The notes under the pieces: generated by a model
Seen by the model: the letters and a program-made list of their open reading frames with translations, nothing else
Database searches by the model: none
What the model was told of the DNA's origin: nothing
From: Adineta vaga
Lineage: Eukaryota > Animalia > Rotifera
Direction: 5' to 3'
Length of the DNA: 64,000 nucleotides
NCBI GenBank assembly: GCA_021613535.1
Contig: CP075493.1
Location: forward strand, 16,058,001-16,122,000
Shown: positions 48,478-61,656 of the stretch, piece after piece
How the letters are laid out: each line of letters starts with the position of its first letter
Position numbering within the stretch: the stretch's first letter is position 1
Made by a program: the position numbers and the translations under genes

Positions 48478-51400
48478 ATGATCCTGAAAAGTCTTTTGAA
48501 TTATAATCTTTTTCTCTTCGATGAAAATGATTATGATGATGACGATGATATCAAAGATCCAGCTATTGTTCTTAAACATCAAAAATATAAAACGTGGCTG
48601 TACGTTGCACTCCTGACAGGTAATTGAATTACACAAGATTGTAATACAAAAACACTTTTTTAGCTATTTATTTGAGTTGTCTGATCAATATAGAAAGCCG
48701 TAAGAGTTTATTCAGGAAGAATAATGAGCATTCATATTATATTTTACTCTTTTGCTTATGGGTTAATTTCACACTCTATTCTATTTTTGAGATTCCATTA
48801 CTGTGCAGAATGGCGCTTCGTATGACAGCGTTTAGTCTTCTGGAAAATGTTCATGTGATAGCATATATGTCTAACAATTTTTGAATCAGAACAAGATTTG
48901 CTAAAAGATAATACATCGTAAGAGAGAAAAAGATCACATATTATATTAAAATGAACAGAAGGAATCTTAGTTGGAAAGATGTTGATCATTCTCTTTACCA
49001 CATAGATATTTTCTTGCACACGTTTTTTTCCCAACAGAGATGTGGAGGATAAGAAGTTGTCATGTCCCACGGGATCAGAAATGCTATTTCTTATTTTTCA
49101 GTTGGGGTTTTAAAAGATCCAAAATAGAGTACACCACTGGGTTACATTACTTTGTTTTTAAAGAAAGGATTTCATTGAGGAAACTGATCAAATAAAGGTT
49201 TTCTTCTAGAAAACATCACAACATCTCACTATTTTCATAATTAGATTAGCTTTCTTATTCATTTTCTTTCGAAAACTATCAGTCATTTAAAGAAATTGAT
49301 TTCATGATTTATTTAACAGCGATAATGAAGTTATGTTTTTCTTTTTAGCATGCCTTTATATCTTGTTCTATATTAGTTTGATTAAAGTGGAATCTGAAAC
49401 AGTTGTTGTTTCGGATGTAACACGTAATATATTCGATGAATTGTCCTCTAAACATGGTCAGTCACTTTCATGTCCATGTACAAGAACGACAGTGCCATAC
49501 AAAAACTTTGTTTTCAATAATATAACAAAGCATCCTGTATGTGAAAGTATATTTGTTGATAAACAATGGATCGAAAGATTATATTTCGACAATGCAAGTC
49601 TTTATGCTTTTTGGGACTTTCGAACAACAGCCTTTTCTCAGGTTCGTCACACTTATATATTCGTCGGTGAGCGTACCCGATGATGGTCCACAACCTTCTG
49701 CACTGAAAACTTCATATCCCAGATAGCGACAGAAAAAAGTAGAGAGGGTTCATCACTTTGGTTCGTCTTTAGAAAGCCTTAGACTTCTAGTTAAAGTTTT
49801 ATCCATCGTGAATACACACACATATTAATAGTAAAACACAATAGTCCAACGCATACTTAGTGCCGTAACCAGAACTTTACTGGTGGAGTGGGGGAGGGGG
49901 GAGGGGAGAGTGGGTCTCCTGCCCCCTCCCCCGTTATGCCACTACGAATACTGTGTCGGAGTGAGTATCTGAGGATACTATGAACTTCGTATTTCATTTT
50001 CACTAAATATTCAAATTTCGCGTTTCCTATATTTTACTCCTGAATCTTTCTCACTTTCATGTAACACAAGCAGACCAATGTAAAAATGTATTTGTAGCTG
50101 GATACTCTAAAGAGTGATCAAACGAGTTAGTGAAAATTAGATTAAACGTCAACTATCTTTAGTCTTCAATTCTTATCGACTTTTCAGCATGCAGACGAAA
50201 TTAGTATGAATAGTCTGCTGATCTTGTCTATCATATCACTACTTGTTTAGAATGTCACCCAAACACACCTATTTCAACCGTATCCTTGTATTTTACTAGA
50301 TCTAAAAAAAGCATCGCGGAAAGTTTCATGAATGTAGCTATTACAGAGACTGATTGCATACTGAATAGATATATCCTAGTAATGATTGAAATCCAGTTCA
50401 GTTTTACATCAAAATATAGTTCGATTTAAAACTGAACTGGATTTCAATTATTATGTTTCGACATATTTTCTTGAATAGCACAGGAAAGAAACTGTTTTCT
50501 CTGCTCTAACCCATTCTGTCTTTAAAAAACTATTGAAATTTTAAAAAATGATTGTTAGCATCATCGAAAAAGTTTTATTTCTCGTTTAGTTTCAACTTCT
50601 CTCAAAGTTCTGTTCGATTTCGAAAGAAATACGCACTCAAACTGAAACCAATATAAACAATACAGAATTCGTAACGCTTGAACTTCTTTCTGAATTACAA
50701 GTTAAAGATGAAGTGATTAGCATAGTTGAAATTCAAAAGAATAATGCATATGGTCGAATAATATCATATTTAAGTTTTTTGAAAACAACAATTAAAGCAC
50801 ATTTTTTTATTACAGCTCTTTCGACCAATTGGGTAGTTGGAGTAGATTGTGATGATGACTATCGTCCATTAAAATCGGAGATACCCTCATATTATCCCGG
50901 CGATCTAACATTTCCGCAAATGTGTGGCGCGGACAATTTCGTATTTGAAGCTTTTGTTGGTTTAGATTTACGTGAGCCAACGAAATATAACGGAAGATAT
51001 GGATTTGTGAAACTTGAAGAATATAAACGTAACGTTGTTAAAGGTTTCTTCGCAGCTTGTACTCCTCTTGAAGCAATCTATGAAAGTACATTAGAATGCT
51101 TGTATGAAATGCAATGCATTCAATTAGTAATGAAATACTTTCCAAAACTGAATCAAGTTTGTCTAGATTATTAGTTTTAGATTTGTTAAACATTTTCTTT
51201 CTTTAGATCAAAAACATTTTGAATAATTCAGTTTTATCTTCAGAACATAAAAATATTTCTGTAATTAATCATTTAAACACTCTTTTTATTGAAAATTGGT
51301 CAGTAGAAATCAATTATTTGACATATTTTGATCAATGTTCTCCGTCAAGATGTACATATACAAGAAACAACCATGTCAATTTATCTTATGGAATTACTCT

Positions 51401-54400
51401 TTTCATCAGTCTTTATGGTGGGCTCATCATTATATTACGTTTAGTCGCATCATTCCTAATTGATATTTTATTTAAATCAAAAAATCATTCAAGAAATTCA
51501 AATTTTAATTCGAGTAGATTTTGAATAGAATAAAACTATTGTTATTAAGTGAATATTTTTCTCTTCTATCGTAGATCATCAAACTATGAATATATTTAAA
51601 CCAATTCAATCAATAAAACGATTGAACTTATTCAAAAATATTCATGATCGAACAGAAAAAGACATCACAGAGCAAAAAATTACCACTCGTTTTTATTTAA
51701 TTTTATTAATTGGTAAAGTTATTTTCATTATACATATTTATCTTTTTTTGCTTTATAGATATTACAGATTAGATATAGTAAAAGTGATCTCAATTTTTAT
51801 TTTTATTATTTTTTAGAGAAGTAAAGGAAAATTCCTGTAATTATATTGTGAATATTCTATATGAATAACTTTCAAGCATATAGTACAGTTTACCTGTATT
51901 TCTCTCCTCATATAAAGCTATATCTGAATATAGATAGAAGAACACCGTTTGTAGTGTTTTAAAACCTTTAGCTAATAGGGACTCTTTCCTCGGTGACATC
52001 TTATTTTTTTGATATTTATTTTCAGAATTTATCCAGTCGAGACTATAGGTCAGTTAACCGGAACAAAGCATCTCCAATTGATAGTTTTTGATTTGTATTA
52101 GCTATTTTCCATCGAATTAAAGAATCAAGAAATATCTTGTCTGTAAAATATAGAATCTAAGTGCAGTCGAAATGTTAAATTTCTTCGAATAGTAAATAAG
52201 AATGAACAGAATTGTATAACGAAGATATGACTTATTTTTGTGCAAAAATCAAGAAAATAGATTTAATTCAATTTAGTTTTAATAAAAACTAAACTGAAGT
52301 ATAAGATTCAAGTTCGAAATGGTATCACATATCCTGTGGATCGGCAATGCAAGAGATAGTCCGCACCCTGCAGGAGATAAACGAATCTCTACAAACGATC
52401 ACAGTATTACCGACATTCTCATTCATAACCATGTCATTATCTTAAGCTTTTCTTTCTTTAATTTTAATACATGTTTATTTGTGTCTTCAAAAATTAGGTT
52501 CAATACTTATTTTTTGTTTATTCACTGCGTTAAATAAAAAAATCATCACAAAAATAGAACTAAATCCTTCATTAACAACTTATAACTCGTTAGAAAATCG
52601 ATATTCCACTACACTTCGATGTCCATGTAGAAATAAAACAATATTTCATCGAATATTTATGTCATTTTCTCCTGTTTTTCATCAAATATGTTCGAGTACT
52701 TTGATTGATGATGATTGGATATATTTATTAAAATTGAATGGAAACAATCAAATGAAGAATGATTGGCGCAATCATTTACCTTCACAATTACGACTATTAT
52801 CTGATCTTTGCCAACTAGGTAAAAGAACGATAAGTGATGCACTCGATCGATTTCTTACTCAAAAATTTATTGCTTCTTCTATAATGAATAAAAATAACTT
52901 CGATAAACAAATCATTGCATTTGTTACTCAATTTTACAATGGAACCATTTATAACTTTGATCTTTTGAAAGATATTATACATCTTCTTACACAGGTTGAT
53001 CAACTACACATGGGATCACTATCTTTGGGACTAGACAATTCCAATATGAATATGTTTATTGAGATCGTTAATAACGCAAGACCACAAGTATGTTACTTTG
53101 TCAAGTCAAAAATAATTTATTATTTCCTTCATATAAGTCAGTTTTCAGTTCTAAGATTTGAAAAAAGAGATTTTCTAACAAATCAAATTGACATACATAT
53201 GCACAAAGCATTTGTTTAGGAATTTAATCATATCTCTATCAGTAACTGATTTATAAAAACTACGGCATGCATTGGATACCATTGAATTCTGTTTTAATAT
53301 TTTTTCAACAAGTAGAATTGAATAGAAACGACGATTGTTAGATTCTGTTAAAGATAATAAATATTTCATATGTTTATAATATGAGATTTTCCAGAAAAGA
53401 ATTATAGTTTAGTCGATAAGAGTCTTGAATTATGAAACAAAACTTATTTTAGCTTATAGAAAATATGGTTTCACTTGATGTTATGTAAATAAATCAATTA
53501 GGAAAATTTGATAGCGAAAATTAATCTGTGATCATGTAAAGATGTTAGGTTTTCGTTATAAGGAATGTAATCTTACATAGTGTCGAGAGACCTCACTATA
53601 AAAATGAGTCTGTTGTATCTATATAAACAAGGATGATTTCGATAACAAGAAGTAGTCTGAACACAAAAGAGAAAATGTACTCTACAGGGTGTAACATAAC
53701 CTTTACGCCTCGCCCCTTTACAATCTAATGAACCAGTGGTATAGTCAACTATTTTATACCGGATTAAAGCCCATCAAAAACTGAATCTAAGGGTGTAATT
53801 AGATTTAACAGTAGCTAGGGATTTATAAAAGTATCGTGAATCATATAGCAAAATCGCGTAAATTATACAATCTCGAATCAGAGAAAGAACTAATACGTCA
53901 CTTTTCCTCATTCAAATGACTTGTTGATTAATTGTAGTTGAAAGTCATTTGAAACGGTATTAAATCTGTATTCTGCCATACCAGAGTCCTATCTGTTTGA
54001 GGCAATTCTCGCTCGCAATTGTTATGTTCGACTCCTGCGAAACACGTGTTTGTTATTTATTAAAAAAGAATTGACTACCCACGACTAACAGCGTAAAGGA
54101 CGAACAGAGAAAAGAGTGAGAATCAGTTTATATACACAAAGATGCACGGACAGATAAAAGAAGAATGTAGAGAAAAGAGAATAACAATGGGCACTGATTC
54201 AAGTTACGTTATTTCTCTCATTCATTGTGTGTGTGTGCGTGTGTCAGTCGTACAAATAACTGCTTCGATAGCAATAGAAGGTAAATTATTTTTACAATAA
54301 AACAAGCCTGTGATACATAAATTTAGTGAATCTAAATGGCTGGTCTTCTAGACGACTCAGAAGAGCAGCGATTTGTAGACAGAGTTCGCTGTATCACATA

Positions 54401-57400
54401 TCGTGAGATACGTGATGAAATGATTGAATCAACAGGAAACTCATTTATCACCCGTCAATGGATTTCTAAAAAGCTCCGCCGTAGTGAAGATTGGGTAAGA
54501 CGACATTGGAACAATACAGTCGAAGAGTGTTATACACAATTTGGAACTGGGCGACCCTATGTGCTCTCCCAGGAGAGCAAAAATATTATTTCTTCTGCAA
54601 GTGGTGTAAGGGGAAGTGGCTCTCGAAATGTTGCAAGAGCAATTTTGGAAAAAACAAGACAACAAGTGAGTCATATGACTGTTCATCGTAAGCGCCATCG
54701 ACAAGGATTGAAATCTTTTCACATGATTGCAAAGCCATTGAAGACAAGTACACATGTTGAAGATCGCAAATGGCTCGCAAATTATGTTGCTGATTGGATT
54801 GAAGAAGATTTCCTACATGTCGCACCTTCGGATGAATTTTTTATTTATGCGGTAAGAAAACCAAACCATCAAAATGATAGAATTTGGGCGAAAAGTATCG
54901 AAGACATCAACGACGATGAAAGGTACCGTGAAATGGTTCAAGGTACACGATGTATCGGAATTTTTATTATGTTTACTGCAAAGAAACTTCTTTGGGTTCT
55001 GAAGGAAGAGGGACAATCTTGGGATGGCGCCTACTTTCGCGAGATTATTCTTCAGCAGCATGTGTTTCCATTTCTGCACAACCCAAACAATGTGCTTGAT
55101 ACAGACGAAGTCTTATTTCTTCATGATAAGGCTCCATGTATGAAGGCCAATGCAACAGTCCTGATATGAACCCGGCAGAAAACATTGGTGCAATTATCAA
55201 GGATAAAGTTGAAGAATTAATGGCTAGTGAAGATCGTCAAAACAGATACAATTATGATATTCTCAGAGCTAACGTTGAGAATACACTCATCGATCTCGAA
55301 AACAACACAGATCTTTTTGTGGATTTGTTATGTTCAATGAGGAAAGGATTTGATGCTCTCAAAGCTGCTGGAGGAGGTCATACAAATTTTTGAACTTTGT
55401 CATAAGCATTTATTTGTAAGGAGTTCATATTATTAATAAACTAGCTGTCGTATGACACACAATTCAAATCGGTGAGCGGTACAGTAGTTCTTTCTCTGAT
55501 TCGAGATTGTATAATTTACGCGATCTTGTTATATGATTCACGATACTTTTATAAATCCCTAGCTACTGTTAAATTTAATTACACCCTTAGATGCAGTTTT
55601 TGATGGGCTTTAGTCTGGTATAAAATAGTTGACTATACCATTGGTTCATTAGGTTGTAAAGGGAGGGCGTTAAGGTTATGTTACACCCTGTATAGATATG
55701 TATAGATAACTTAAAAGAAGACATATAAAGACAATAGGAAAAACTAGAACAACACATATTTCATAGATATGTATGTACAAGTTAACATCATAAAATTAAT
55801 AATAATTGATAATAATAAAAGATATCATGTATTGTATCAATATAAACTAAAACACATTCATTTTTAGATTCAATTGGTTTCGAATGGAATTCTAGAAGTT
55901 AATACAAAATTAATTACATGTTATTGTGCTATAAATCCATACTGTCAAAGTTCAGCTGTTCTTTATGATGAAGATTTCTTTTATGGAAGGCATAACAATA
56001 TCAGTTACACTTATAATGTGTCTGGTTGGATCCATAGTTGTCTTGCTATTGATTCTCTTCTATCCTCGACACTTCAATGTTTAAATATATATTCAGACTG
56101 CTTTCCAATTATATTAAATTATTTGGCAAAATTTGATTCCATGAAGGAGAGAATAAATACTTTAACATATCGTATACATCCCCTCGTTTATGATCCAACA
56201 GTGAGTCATTTTCCTCTTAACACATCAATATCAAAAATCGTCAGCGAAATGATGGTTGAACAATGGAATTTTGTTTCATCATATGAAAAGTTCTATGACG
56301 CTTGTGCACCAATTTTCTGTTCTTATTTTCAAGAGGTTCGTGAAGAGAATTTTACTCGAGTTATTATAAAATTAATATCAGTAATTGGTGGAATTATTGT
56401 CTTATTACGTATTCTTACACCACATATTGTTAAATTTATTTCCAAATTACCAACACTGTGTAGGAAAAAATCAAATCAAACGAGACAAGGTAATCTCATT
56501 TTTTTTGATTAAATTTTCTAAAATTTGAATCACAAAGAATAAATTGATAATAGTATTTTAAGTAGCGAAGATTCAATTCTCATTCATTCATTTATTTATA
56601 TTTAGTTTCTGTTGATAGATTAAGAATCTTTGAATTTCTTTTTATATTCTAAGATGTATTAATTCATCGTCACCTTGGTTGTATCGATCGTTTGAACAAA
56701 GTAATGCAGAATTTGCTGAAACTTATTCATAATACGTTAGTTGAATTAAATATTTTCTCATCACGTGATTTTGGAAATAATATTGATCGACTTACAGCTA
56801 AACGCTATGGTCAATGGGCAACTCGACTCTATACTATCTTATTTACAAGTTGTATCATCAGTTTGATATCTTATACGACTATTCAACCACAAACATTAAT
56901 AAAAAATTTTGAGAAACCCTCATTAACTTATTATAGTGATTTAAGGAACATTTATGGCGATGAATTGATATGTACATGTTCCAGAATAGCATCAACATAT
57001 CAACAATTTGTTAATATTCAACCAGCTTTTCATTCGGTAAGATAGAATTTCTATTTAAAAGTCCACATTACATAGCATATACATATAATTGAAAATAAGC
57101 CCATATCCTTAGTATAAACATTAGGTATATTATGATTCATTTGTGTAAAAGAAATATGCTGCTAGCACCACGAAACTAAGGATTTTGTGAAAATGAATTC
57201 CCGTCGATAACAATGAGTCTATTCGACGCAAAATTTAATTCTGAGTCGAATGGTGATATTTTTATTCACGGGAAAATGATAGGGGAAAAGTTTTCTTTGA
57301 TCTATATTTGTCTTCTACACATGTATATGCATCATTGTACGACATTCCGCACGCAATTTCTCTGCACAGAATGAATTCCCGTCCATGAAAAAGAGTGTGT

Positions 57401-60400
57401 TCGACGAAGAATTTGATTCTGCATCGAATGGCGCTGGTTTTATTCACAGGAAAACGATCAGGACGAAGCTTACCTAGCTTTTTATTTTCCTCACATACTT
57501 ACATATATAAAAGAAAAATTCGAATAAAATTTTTCCATTCGTTTTCCCGTAAATAAAAGTAGTGCCATTCGATGCAGAATCAAATTCTGCGTCGAACACA
57601 CTCTTTTTCATGGACGGGAATTCATTCTGTGCAGAGAAATTGCGTGCGGAATGTCGTACAATGATGCATATACATGTGTAGAAGACAAATATAGATCAAA
57701 GAAAACTTTTCCCCTATCATTTTCCCGTGAATAAAAATATCACCATTCGACTCAGAATTAAATTTTGCGTCGAATAGACTCATTGTTATCGACGGGAATT
57801 CATTTTCACAAAAACCTTAGTTTCGTGGTGCTAGCTTCACACTGATCGCGGTGGCTGTGTTAAAATTTCGTTCTTGAAGAACTATCGCGGCAATGGCACA
57901 TTCTTAACCGCAACGAACATCTCTGGTGTAAAACTCAAAATTAAGATACGGACTGTCGAAAAACGAAAGAAAAGATAATATGTGTCATACATACCGTTAA
58001 TTATTTTGTTTAATGCGAAAAAAGAAGTGTTAATTTACTTACTCCGAATACAAAAGATATTTGCTTTTTCACAATTCTACACGGCAGCTCTAATACTTAA
58101 TGTTAACTGAATATCTTGATGGTTCATTAACTTTTTCTGTGTGAATGTGAATCGAGAGTTTTAAGATTAAATTAATTTAAAAAAAATAGAAATATCACTT
58201 GGCTCGAACAAGCGAGACTAGGCTAAAAAAATCAGACGACTCAAGGCGGTCTGACCCACCGACTAAGACAATAAGCCATGTATATGCATATTCTCTCACT
58301 GATATTTTTAGGTTTGTGAAAGTGATTTTGTTAAGGAAGAATGGCGACTTAGTTTAGTAAATGGTCTTGTTCCTGATTTAAATGTATATGAACGAAAAGA
58401 TTACCGTCGGTTTCTTTCTGCTCATTTACAATATCTTCAAGGTTTATGTAAACTTTCACAAAAATCCGTGGATAATTCGATCAATGAGCTTTTAACATCA
58501 TTATTAGTCACTATAGAACTTCTTTCAAACAGCGATTTTAATCATCGTCTTAATATTTTAATTGAACAGAGCAAAACTAATGTTCCTGTCTTTATTTCGG
58601 GTATTCTCTTTTTTACTCAAAGTATTATTCATGAAAATGCTTTTATATCACTTTATGGAACAAATTTCGAATATCTTCTTTTGAATAAATCCTGTGATGG
58701 AGATGTAGTTTATTCACCTACGAAAGCTTTCATTTATGATAATGGTTGTTCTTGTGGATTCTCTTCAAATTGTGCAACTCAAGCAACTTTTATTGAGACT
58801 AAATTATCAGAAAATAAGTCTAGTTCTGTTAAAGGTATGAAAATGGGATGTACACCAAGTGAATCATTTCTCCTTTCGACTCTTGAATGTTTTTATGATC
58901 AGACATGTATTAATCGTATTCAACAATATACAAAATATAAAAAAGCATTAATTCCTCTTTCAACAACAAATCTTAATCGTTTTTCACCAGATACAATAAT
59001 TAGTAAACTTGTTGAGAATCTATTCATCGAAAATTGGACGGTAAACGTGAATTATTCATCATATTATGAGCAATGTTCACCTTTAGTATGTTCTTATACT
59101 AGTATTGCAAGATTTAATCTTTTTTATATAATTACGATGATATTTGGTCTTCAAGGTGGTTTGACAATTGTTCTCAAATGGATTTGTCCAAAATTGATTC
59201 GAATTGGATTTAAAATATACAATCATCGAAAAAAACAAAAACAATCTATTCATCCTATTGAAGATTCGATTAACAAAACTCCAAACACAACTACTGAAAA
59301 TACTCCGGTGAATGAAAGATCAGAGTAAAATATCTTTTTCTTTTCTTTTAATTATAGAAATCTCTTTTTCTTTCATTCAGAAGAAATGTTATATCACATA
59401 GTCGACCGCATTTTAAAATAAAATTTTTAATTATCCTATTTTTATGTATATTCGCAAGTATTATTATTTTCTCGATATACCATCTTCGACAAAGTAAGAA
59501 TAACTTGCAATAGTAACAAACATTATTCAGATGTTCATTAGTCGTTATATATTTTCTCTCGATTTTGTAATCGATAAAGACATTCAATAAAATAATTTTA
59601 TAATGTTTGTTTGATAGATTTAACGACGACTGCATCAGTAGTTTTCGTTTCAAATACCACAGTGAATACAACAATGTCAACATTCACAACCACAACTACA
59701 TCAGGTTAGTTTATAAAAAAAACAAAAGATCGACTTTAGCTAGACATATGCGACAAATAAACAAAAAATTAGTAGGATGATCACTCAAACAGATAAACAT
59801 CAAAAGAACATATGTGAAAATCACGCATTTTAAATTGATAAATTTTGCAAAATAATGAGTTTCTTCTCGCTATATAATCATATTTATCTATATCTATATG
59901 TGAATACTTTTAGAACCAATCTGTTACCCTAAATTTGAACATTTAACAATTAATTCATCGTGTTCAGAAATGCATACATATATATCTGTTGCTTTCGATA
60001 TCAATGCTGATAATCGAATTGATTTAATCTTTGTCTGTTATACAAGCAAGACATTTTATGTATTACTCGGAAATGGCAATGTTACTTTTCAAAAACCGAT
60101 CTTACCTTCATTAAGTGGTGTTTCATATGTTGATAGAATATACTTTTATGACATGAACAATGATGGTCTAGCCGATTTAATTAACGTAAAGTACATGACG
60201 ATTGTTATTTTATTTAGAAAGAGTAATGAAATATTGGAAATAGAACATAGTCAAACATTAGATATAGGTTTTGAAACAGGAAGTATCGTTATTATTGATC
60301 TAAATCGTGATAAAAAATTAGACATCGTTATAACATTGAGCAAAAGAACTGATATTTATGTTTATTTAGCAAATACTAATGGAACATTTTCACGGAAGTT

Positions 60401-61007
60401 CATATTGTCAATAGGACCCAAAGGAACATTAGATGACTTAATTGTTATTGATTTCAATAATGATAATCATTTGGATATTGTTGTAATAAATAAGAAGAAT
60501 TCAATTATTTATGTATTTTTTGGAAATACGGATGGAAGTTATCAGTCATACAAATGGTTTTCTACTGGAGTCAATCTTCGTGATATCAGTTTAATAGTCA
60601 GTGATTTCGATGGAGATAATCAAAATGAAATAGCTGTTATTTATAGTTGGTTAAACACGGGTATTGTTCAATATCGATATAATAATGGTACTTTCCATTT
60701 TGATGATCAATTTTTCATGGATTCTATGAATTTTCATCAAGAAATATTTCAAACAAATTTAAATAGTGATAAATATTTCGATATCGTTCTTACTACAATT
60801 TTTCCATATAAAATCTATGTTTTCCTTGGAAATAAAGATGGAAAATTTCAAATACAACCTATTTACTTGGATAAAGATTCAAGTAACTATCATATAACAA
60901 AGATTGCTGATGTCAACAATGATAATTGTCAAGATATAATTCATCATATTCGTTATTCTTTTATCATAGACATCTTTATCAATACATGTGAATGTTCAAA
61001 ACAATAG
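48478..61007 (+). CDS. Large multi-exon membrane protein: three tandem [TM - Cys-rich ectodomain - TM] units, another TM, a Thr-rich stalk and an FG-GAP propeller
   Basis: Exons ~48478-48619, 49349-49641, 50590-51156, 51206-51514, 51575-51711, 52497-53087, 55868-56489, 56654-57036, 58312-59324, 59381-59491, 59617-59704 and 59914-61007. Each unit repeats LN(L/I)F, TxLY, CxC, HxxCxS, STLxC, ExW, CxPxxCxY and xxGG(L/I). Confidence 0.75.
49858..49944. mobile_element. hAT-type mini-MITE (87 bp, G/C-run rich) in an intron
   Basis: TIR TAGTGCCGTAAC / GTTATGCCACTA; 8-bp flanks CGCATACT / CGAATACT match 7/8. Confidence 0.7.
50380..50453. repeat. 74-nt intronic hairpin (31-bp arms, 29/31 matched)
   Basis: TAATGATTGAAATCCAGTTCAGTTTTACATC / GATTTAAAACTGAACTGGATTTCAATTATTA. 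Confidence 0.85.
53685..55690 (+). mobile_element. Tc1/mariner (IS630-Tc1-mariner) DNA transposon with ~206-bp TIRs and TA TSD, inside an intron
   Basis: TA|CAGGGTGTAACATAACC...GGTTATGTTACACCCTG|TA. Arms are 53685-53892 and 55485-55690. Confidence 0.95.
54336..55393 (+). pseudogene. DDE transposase broken by an internal deletion/frameshift at ~55155
   Basis: HTH region, SDE, HDKA and SPDMNPAEN motifs are present; the segment between KANAT and SPD is missing and the frame changes. Confidence 0.9.
57161..57835. mobile_element. Foldback-like palindromic element (675 bp; ~298-bp near-perfect arms, ~80-bp spacer) in an intron
   Basis: Arms are 57161-57458 and 57539-57835. Both ends read GCTAGC (CTAG or TA TSD). 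Each arm has an internal ~88-bp direct repeat with a 178-bp period. Confidence 0.9.
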
Positions 61008-61386
61008 ATTATTCAAAAGACTTTAATATTGAATGAGTTTACTGCTTCAGACTTACCGAGATGCTTATCGTAATTATTCAATAACATGACGCTTTTTTTT
61101 CATTATTCTATATTTATATTTTATCTTTCTTATTTATAAAAATACCAAAAAAAAACTTACAAATCTTCTTTAACTTCTTCCAGTATATACCCTATTAAGT
61201 GTCTAATAGTTTTTGCTTTATCAAAACTTGAACAATTCTATAAAAAGGTGATCATGTTTCCATTTGTTTAAATTATGAAGAAATTGAATTGAATTGCATT
61301 TTTATCTATCAGAATTTTAATCAATTCCAATATAATATCATACATAAGTGACACTTTTGCTAGATTACTATCCTTGAATGATATTA

Positions 61387-61656
61387 CCCAGGTCGAAAAA
61401 TCCGAGCCGGATCCCGTCGGAACCAGAATATTCCGGCAATTTCATGGAAGCAGGATTCCGAACCGGATATTTTCGTTTTTTTCCGCTCGCTTCTGACTAA
61501 CTTCCAGTAAGTTCTAGTCGGAAAACTGCTTCCATTGTCCTGTATTTTCCGGTTGGAACCTTTTGGAACCAGCTGGAACTGTCCGGAATATCCTCAGAAA
61601 GACGTGATTTCCGACAGGTTCCGTGCGGATCCGCAGCCGGGAAACATCGTCCTGGG
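61387..61656. mobile_element. CCCAGG-terminated MITE (270 bp) with TA TSD
   Basis: TA|CCCAGGTCGA...TCGTCCTGGG|TA. Confidence 0.85.
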
